A stretch of 64,000 nt of DNA from Anthoceros angustus (taxonomy: Eukaryota > Plantae > Anthocerotophyta). The stretch is taken from NCBI GenBank assembly GCA_010909165.1, contig VJWM01000025.1, positions 930,001 to 994,000 of the forward strand, written 5' to 3'. The notes beneath the pieces were generated by a model, which saw only the letters and a program-made list of their open reading frames with translations, was not told where the DNA came from and did no database searches. The translations under genes were made by a program, and so were the position numbers. Positions 56,348 to 64,000 of this stretch are shown here, piece by piece. Every line of letters begins with the position of its first letter. Position 1 is the first letter of the stretch.

Positions 56348-59300
56348 ATGGTCCTCCTCCTTCTCCTGTCCGCGCTGCTCCTGCTCTCCAATTCCCAGGC
56401 GAGTCTGCAAATTTGATCGTGCAGGTGTTATTATTTAGGAATAGAGCTTTCGGACCTGGTAGCCAGAATCGACTCCAATCAAGCAGTTGGATGCGCCTGG
56501 TCACATTCTTTGTTTCTGGTGGGCTCCAATTTTGCCATTCGCAGGTTATAGAGGGAGTTGGCGCAGAAAATGGAGCATCAGAAGCAATCCTTGCGACACT
56601 CCCGATGTCCGCTCCGTAGGTTTCCAACTCTCATCGATTTCTGCTCTGATTCTAACTCAATTACGGTGCTGACTTCATGGAGCGCTTCATTGTAGCACGG
56701 CACGACATGCCGAGGAGTTTTGTGCCATGTATGGCATTTGTGGGTCGCAGAAAGATGGAAAAGTTCTCAATTGCCCCTACTCTAGATCGGCTGTTACTGT
56801 AAGCTGTTCAGTGTTGCAAGGTGCCGTTCCTGCAGGCTGGTGTATGGGAAGAATTTCGGATTTCCTGACTGGGACTGTGGCGTGTTTGGCAGCCGAGTGA
56901 TCAGTTTTCATACAAAATTCAAAGCCTGTGTCCGAGTATCACGGGTTCTGTGTGCTGTACTGAAGAGCAATTTGATGTGCTACGGAGCCAAGTTCAGCAG
57001 GTGCGTTGCTCTGACCTGTTTTGTATAGACAGTGTGCATAGTTTATACTCCGCTGAGCTTACTGTGTTACTTGAATTTGGCCTTGTCATTCGCTGATGGC
57101 CGCTTGCTGTGCAGGCCGTCCCTTTCCTTACAGGGTGTCCTGCTTGTTTGCGAAACTTCCTCAACCTTTTCTGCGAGCTTGCCTGTTCCCCCAACCAGAG
57201 CCTTTTCATCAACGTAACTTCAGTTGACGAAGTATGCATCTCATACCGTAGGAGGATGAATTCGTTTCTACAGGGTGATGGCAGTTTTGAATGGCAGGAA
57301 GAGAACTTTGTGTCGTTGATGGACCATGATTTGTTTTGCTCTGCAATATACAACAGGTAGGGGGTGCGCGTACTGTACAAAGTATTGACTTCTACGTGAC
57401 GGATCAATATGGGACAAAGTTTTACGATTCCTGTAAGGATGTAAAATTTGCTGCCATGAATACCCGTGCCATGGACTTTATTGGTGGAGGCGCAAAGAAT
57501 TATGAGGGTAAGCAAAGAATTTCCATTCAGGGAGTACACCCTTAACAGCCCTGGTCTTTTCCTTTTATCAGCTGGTGGTTCACTGAGTTTGCCCTTGATT
57601 GCTGTGCAGACTGGTTCAGGTTCATCGGAAGGCAAGCCGGACTGTATGAGCCAGGCTCTCCCTATGCAATCAACTTTACGACAACTCTGCCTGATCGTTC
57701 ACCCATGCAGCCTCTCGATGCCGCAGTTGCTCCTTGCTCGGATCCATCGCTTTCTTGTTCTTGCGGTGACTGTCCCTCAGCAAGCATCTGCTCTGAACCA
57801 CTGCCACCTTCTCAGAACGCCACTGAGGGGTGCTCTTTCAAGATCGGAACTTTCAAGGTAGGAGCTGGCTGCTGGTGTCTATCTGTCCTTATCTGCCTGA
57901 TACATTGCGTTGTCACTGTTAGGTGCTAGGTGGCCAGTCACACACTTGCAATAGTACAGCCAGTTTTGTTTTGGTGGGTGTTGTTCTTTTCTTCTAAATT
58001 TTGAGAAACCATGATGCTTCTGGATCAGGTAAGATGTGTGGATCTAGCAGTGACTGTCTTATTTGCGGCAATCCTTGTGGGGGTAATTTTCTGGTGGAGA
58101 AACATGGAACGTAATCAACCTGCAACACGACATGGTGTGTCTGAGCGATTGCTAGCGGCTGGAGAGTCCAGTGAGCTCCAAGGTATTAATGGAGCAGCTG
58201 TCGAAATCTCCCCAGCAGAGGTAGTCTTCGTCTGCCATCAGACGTCTGAAACCCTTGAATCTCATGCTCTCTCCGCTTTTCCTTCCAGCAGATTGGCATA
58301 TGAACAGTTGAGAGTTGTTTTCTTGCAGGATAACTGCATTGAGGACAAGTCTTCTGCAGAATCTCCTCTTCTGGAAGCATTTCTCTCTGATTGGTTCCGG
58401 TATGTGTCTAGCTAGCCTCACCTTAACTGGGAGTTTCTCTTGACACTGAGATGTCTGGAGTGTCTTATGAACCATTCTTTTTTTTCAAATGCAGAACACA
58501 GGGCCAATGGATAGCTCAAAATCCCGGAAAAGTGCTGATCGCATCACTTCTTGTCACCGTTGTGATGTGCCTAGGATTATTCCGCCTTGAGGTGGAGACC
58601 AGACCCATCAAGGTAAGTGGGGACAATCGGGACCTCTAAGCCTGACTCTTGTTGCCAGTGTCTTGTTTTTGTTCAGGCTTACTCAAATGCAACAAGTATT
58701 GCAGCTTTGGGTGAGTCCTGGGAGTGTTGCTGCTGAGGAGAAGGAGTTCTTTGACAATCATTTGGCCCCATTCTATAGGATTGAACAGGTAGATTTTGGC
58801 AATCACTCATAGCCTTGCTTCATATTGTTCTCCGTCTGATATGGGGATAGGCAATGCTTCCCTTACTGTGCTAATTGTTATGTAAATTATCCTTTCAGCT
58901 TATCTTGGGGACGATACCGGCTCCTGGAGAAAAGTCAGCTCCAAGTATTGTGACCCAGAAAAATCTGCTGCTCTTGTTTGAGATGCAAAAGAAGGTGGCA
59001 ATATTGATTGCACGTCCTTCTGTTCTACTTTATCTTACTGCTGCTTGAGGGTCTCACAGCACTTGAGTTATGTACTGTACAGATTGATGATTTGCGTGCA
59101 AACTACTCGGGAACTACTGTGTCTCTACAAGACATATGCATGAAGCCTTTAGGCACTCCCTGTGCACTTCAGAGCATTCTGCAGGTGTAACTCTTCTCTC
59201 TTTGTACCGTAGAAAGCTGTTGAGTCCGGTAGGAATTTCTTAGAGACAGGACTCAGACTGGTAGATACATTAAGTGTTTTGTTGACCAAATTTTGTGAGC

Positions 59301-62300
59301 TCATGCATTCCTGGTGGTTCCTTGCAGTACTACAAGATGAACCGTGACTTTTATTATGAGTATGAAGGAGCGTCTCATGTTGACTTTTGCTTTGCGGTAA
59401 GCTCTTTGCAGAGTTTCTTCGATTCTGTTTTATGTATCTCGTGCTGTAGGTAGACCAGGAAGCACTTTCAATGCCAGAGTCGTGTTTCGTTTTCTCTCCA
59501 CCATCTCTCGCAGATGTCTGTTGTTAGTTCAGCGTGTAGTGGATAACGATCTTGTTTGAAATGTACAGCACTATTCAACATCAGAAAGCTGCCTCAGCGC
59601 TTTTGGAGGTCCAGTAGAGCCAAACGTGGTTGTTGGTGGATTTTCTGGTAACAATTATTCTCAGGTTAGTAGAACAGCATGAATTGTCCTTGTGGCCATC
59701 TGCAATATTTTATGGCTCAGTACTTCTTATAGAGACCTTGTTATCACCTCGTTTGCAGGCTACAGCCTTTATTGTAACATTGCCTGTAAACAATGCTGTT
59801 GATGAGTCAGCAGAGGCCAACGGGGCAGCAATAGCATGGGAGGAAGCATACATTCGCTTGGCAAAGGTTATTTTTTGTCCAAACCTTTATGCTGTGTCCG
59901 GCGGGTTTGGAAACGACCTGCGTTTCTGTGGCATGGTGAATTCTATTGTCTATTAACAATGATTCCGCACATATTGTTAGGAGGAACTCACTGCAATGGC
60001 TGTGGCCAACAATTTGACCATCTCATTTTCTTCGGAAAGTTCAGTTCAAGCTGAACTTGAGCGTGAGAGCACAGCTGATGCCCTCACTATCCTGGTATGA
60101 GTACTGCACACTTTTCTTTTTTAACACTTGTAAGCAAGTAGTACTTACTGACTTATAGCTTTCTGCAGATCAGCTACCTGGTGATGTTTGCATACATTTC
60201 ATTCACCCTAGGTGATTACTCAAATTCTTCAGGGCCCTTCTTTGTGGCATCAAAGGTTATCACATCTGCCTCCTGTATCATGTTCTTGATAGTTGTGAAT
60301 TTGATTTAAGGAATCTTGAGCATCCCTAACATGCTATATTGACTGTCATTGGCATTGTTTGCAGGTTCTTTTAGCCCTGTCTGGAGTGTTGATTGTTGCT
60401 CTTTCGGTACTCGCATCTATCGGGCTATTCAGCGCCTTTGGTGTCAAGTCGACCCTGATTATTGTTGAAGTGATACCTTTCCTTGTTCTTGCGGTATGTG
60501 CACAAAGCCAATAATGCCTTCCACTTTGGAAATCTCAGTGCAGCATAGCTTGCCATATATAATGGTAGTTGTGTCACAACAGCATACCACTGGTTGCAGG
60601 TAGGAGTTGACAATATGTGTATCTTGGTGAATGCGCTTAAACGGCAAAACAAGTCTCATCCCCTGGACAAGCGAGTTGGGAATGCGCTGGCTGAAGTTGG
60701 GCCTTCTATTACACTTGCAAGCTTGGCAGAAGCACTCGCTTTTGCAGTTGGAGCCTTTACTCCTATGCCGGCTTGTCGGGTCTTTTCCATGTTTGCTGGT
60801 CAGTGCACAGCCTTCCTCGAATTCTGGACACAGTCTTGTCCTGCTGTGGAAAAGGATGTAGGTGCAGGTACTGACTCTGTTTTACGTCTGCGACTGCAGC
60901 TGTAGCCGTGTTGGTGGATTATTTTCTCCAAGTGACAGCATTTGTGGCTCTAGTAACCTACGATTTTTGGAGAGCAGAAAACTATCGAGTGGATTGTTTC
61001 CCGTGTATATCAGTCACAGCAATAGATGAACCTGAAGATTTTGTACACGACGAGTCCATCAATGGTTTGTGCCCTGCTCATGTCTGTAACCGTGATGTAC
61101 TGCTGTGTGCGAGGATAAGATTAGACTTGGACCAGATTGATAAACTGGACGGAGTTGATCGTGCAGGAGGATACGGAAACCGACATGAGCCCGGATTTAT
61201 TTCTCGCTACATGCAGGTACTTGTATATAAGGCACTTGCTCATGGAAAAGTGCTAAGTTGAAGGAAAGCTCAAGTCTGACTTGGATGTTGCACTGTGGTT
61301 TGTAGAATATCCATGCTCCTGCTCTTAGGCAGCCACGAGTGAAAGCTCTGGTGGTGGCACTATTTTCTGGACTTTTACTTGCAAGCATAGTAAGAAAGAG
61401 TCCATTTAGTTTTTGGTTTTTGTCCCAATTCTGCATGTGGTTGAATCACCCAAGAAAATGTCTGTGGGTGCTCGGTGTTACAGCTCCGAACTCAATTTGT
61501 GGTTCTGTTAGCTCTTCATTGCAATGACAGTATTGTTTTGCAGGCATGGTCTACACGCCTCAGTCCAGGGCTGGATCAAAAGGTTGCTCTGCCTCGTGAT
61601 TCTTACTTGCAGGTTTGTGATCTGAGGTTCATTATATGTAGCTCCAACTTGTGTTGCAAAATAAGTCTCGCAATAGGCAACAGTGTTTTGTGATTTCAGG
61701 GTTATTTTGACAACATCACGGAGTACCTTCGGGTTGGACCACCAGTTTATTTTGTAGTCAAAGACTTCAACTACAGGTTGGGTGGACATTTGCTGAACAG
61801 TGGAAAGTCGTTGGTTTTGGCCACATGCGCATGAATGTTAGATGCAATGGAGAGCACCATGTCTGGTAAATTGTTTGACGTTGCCTTTCGTTTCATCAGT
61901 TCATCAAGTAATCAAACCAACCTACTGTGCTCCATCAGCCAGTGTGCCCCAAATTCTCTCCTCAACCAGGTAATCTTGTTCTCCGAGTCAGCTGTTGAAA
62001 AGAATGGGCCAGATCTCAGAAGTTAGACTATGGTGCAACGTTTTTGGGCTGTGCAGGTGTCAGCAGCAGCGTTGACTCCCAGCTCCAGCTTTATTGCAAC
62101 TCCTGCAGCATCCTGGTTGGATGACTTTCTAGTATGGCTGTCACCAGATGCTTTTGGGTGTTGCCGCAAATTTCCCAATGGTGAATATTGCCCTCCCGAC
62201 GATCAGGTTTGTTCTTGCAGCACACACCTCAAAGATGACTAGAGTAGTTTCTTCTAGAGTTTCGACTGGAGGCCTCTCAGTGGAATGAAGGGGGTTACTG

Positions 62301-64000
62301 ACATCACGGTGTTGGTTGCTCTAATCAGCCTCCGTGCTGTCCTGCTGGCGAAGATTTCTGCGGCCAGAGTGAGTTTTGTAAAGATTGCACAACGGTAATA
62401 GCCTGTTCCGGTGCCTGCTCTCTTGGTGGCCAACAAGTTCAGTCTTGTTTGGTGGAAACCTTCATTCTGGGGAGGCATTTAACATGTGGTCTACGGATCC
62501 CGCACAACTGTGATTTGACTTTCTGCAGTGTTTCCTGAGGACGGACCTTCATGAAGGTCGACCCTCTACAGAACAATTCAAAGAGAAACTTCCTTGGTTT
62601 TTAGAAGCGCTTCCCTCGGCAGACTGTGCAAAGGGTGGTCATGGTGCTTATACAAACAGTGTTGATCTAGATGGTGAGTTTGAGAGGCTGCAAACTTCTG
62701 TTCTCCTGTGGATTGAAGGCTTGCGCCATGTAGACATCTCTATACCTGCTTGACAGTTTCAGGGTCAAAAGGCATGTACTGACATTTCGGAGTTGTAGAG
62801 TTTGAAAGCGGGATTATCAAAGCATCAGAGTTCCGATCCTACCATACACCTTTGAACAAGCAGGTTGGTTTCTATTTGAAGGTGAAAACGTAATCTACAT
62901 GGATGTTAGAGAGGATCTGTCCTGAGGGGGACTTGGTTTTGCAGAGTGACTACATTGATGCTCTACGGTCAGCTAAAGATTTTGCTCGGAGCGTCTCCCT
63001 TTCTTTGAATGTAAGTTTCGTTGGCATTTTGGGCTTGAAGTCCCCGTTAAGAAGCATTGGAGTGACTACTTTGTGCGGTGTGTGTGCTGCAGATCACAGT
63101 TTTCCCATATTCCGTGTTTTACATTTTCTTTGAGCAATACTTGGACATATGGAGGATGACCGTAACCAGTCTGGTACTAGCACTCGGTGGGGATCTGAAC
63201 ACCAGACTGTCGTTATTTTGTGGTCTAGAGGCTGATTTTATGCTCGCTAATCTGGGTTTTGATACATGTTGAATCAGCCACTGTGTTTTGCGTATGTGCT
63301 GCAATAACGAACAGGTATATATCATCTCCACGGTCCCTTGGAACTTATTGTTCTGGCATGAAGGTTATGAGGTGATTCTGAGATGTCTGCCAATTGTGCA
63401 TTCGATGAAGCTTCAATTTGTGGTTGGATGTGGTTGGCAGCATATGGACGTCGGCCATCATCGTGCTTGTCATCTCCATGATAATTGTTGACATGCTGGT
63501 AACTCCTGGCTACTGAATCAGCTATGTACTTCCCTTCCATGTACTATTGTGATGAAGCGTCTGCGGGTCTCAATTGAAGTGTCTGAAGACTGAAGCACAC
63601 AGAATCGATGTGGCAATTTTGCAGGGCTTTATGGTACTATGGGGTATCCAGCTGAATGCTGTTTCTGTCGTGAACCTTGTGATGTCCATCGGCATTGCAG
63701 TGGAGTTTTGTGTCCACATCACCCACGCCTTTGCGGTTAGTAGTCCCTGAACAATGTGTCAGAGCTGGTCCCCAGATTTACATTCCTTCGGTCTGTAATT
63801 GAGGAGTGGCACTGCAGGTGAGTAGTGGGAGCCGTTCGGAGAGATCAACGAAGGCACTTCTGACCATGGGCGAGTCTGTCCTCAGGTGAGACATTCACTT
63901 GCAGTGGGGTGGCCCTTTTGGGTTTCTGACAGCTCTACCCCTCATTGCACTTGCCTTGATCACTCGTCTAATGCTGCTGCTGCGTTTAACGCGTTGGCAG
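56348..64000 (+). CDS. NPC1: Niemann-Pick C1-like sterol transporter, many exons, partial (continues past the right edge)
   Basis: Signal peptide [17 protein letters not shown]; [14 protein letters not shown]; [29 protein letters not shown]; sterol-sensing region [10 protein letters not shown]...[10 protein letters not shown]; [22 protein letters not shown]; [27 protein letters not shown]. Confidence 0.96.

Overview
Gene-dense eukaryotic nuclear DNA from a seed-free land plant. Short introns, compact gene spacing and PLS-class PPR genes of both the DYW:KP (DRH-type) and WW types point to a hornwort such as Anthoceros (inference). The left end holds a cluster of three PLS-PPR genes. Two end in complete DYW:KP domains, the family linked to reverse U-to-C organellar RNA editing; the third is cut by the window edge. 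Next come COP1, a tRNA-Val-derived pseudogene, a diverged POB1/LRB-like BTB gene head-to-head with DSE1/TAN, and GTG/GPR89. An accessory block at about 23.9-32.7 kb contains a defective Ty1/copia element with TA..TA LTR ends, an internal inversion, an RT deletion, an indel-rich 2.3 kb tandem duplication and an extra ORF upstream of gag; it is flanked by remnants of restriction-like-endonuclease (CRE-like) non-LTR elements. The right half holds importin-beta, a WW-type PPR-E+ gene and its inverted pseudogene flanking a beta-expansin, HBS1, an intronless AT-rich GDSL esterase with an AGP-like/GPI tail, PEX16, an orphan acidic coiled-coil ORF and a partial NPC1. Exon models were read by eye and no database searches were run.
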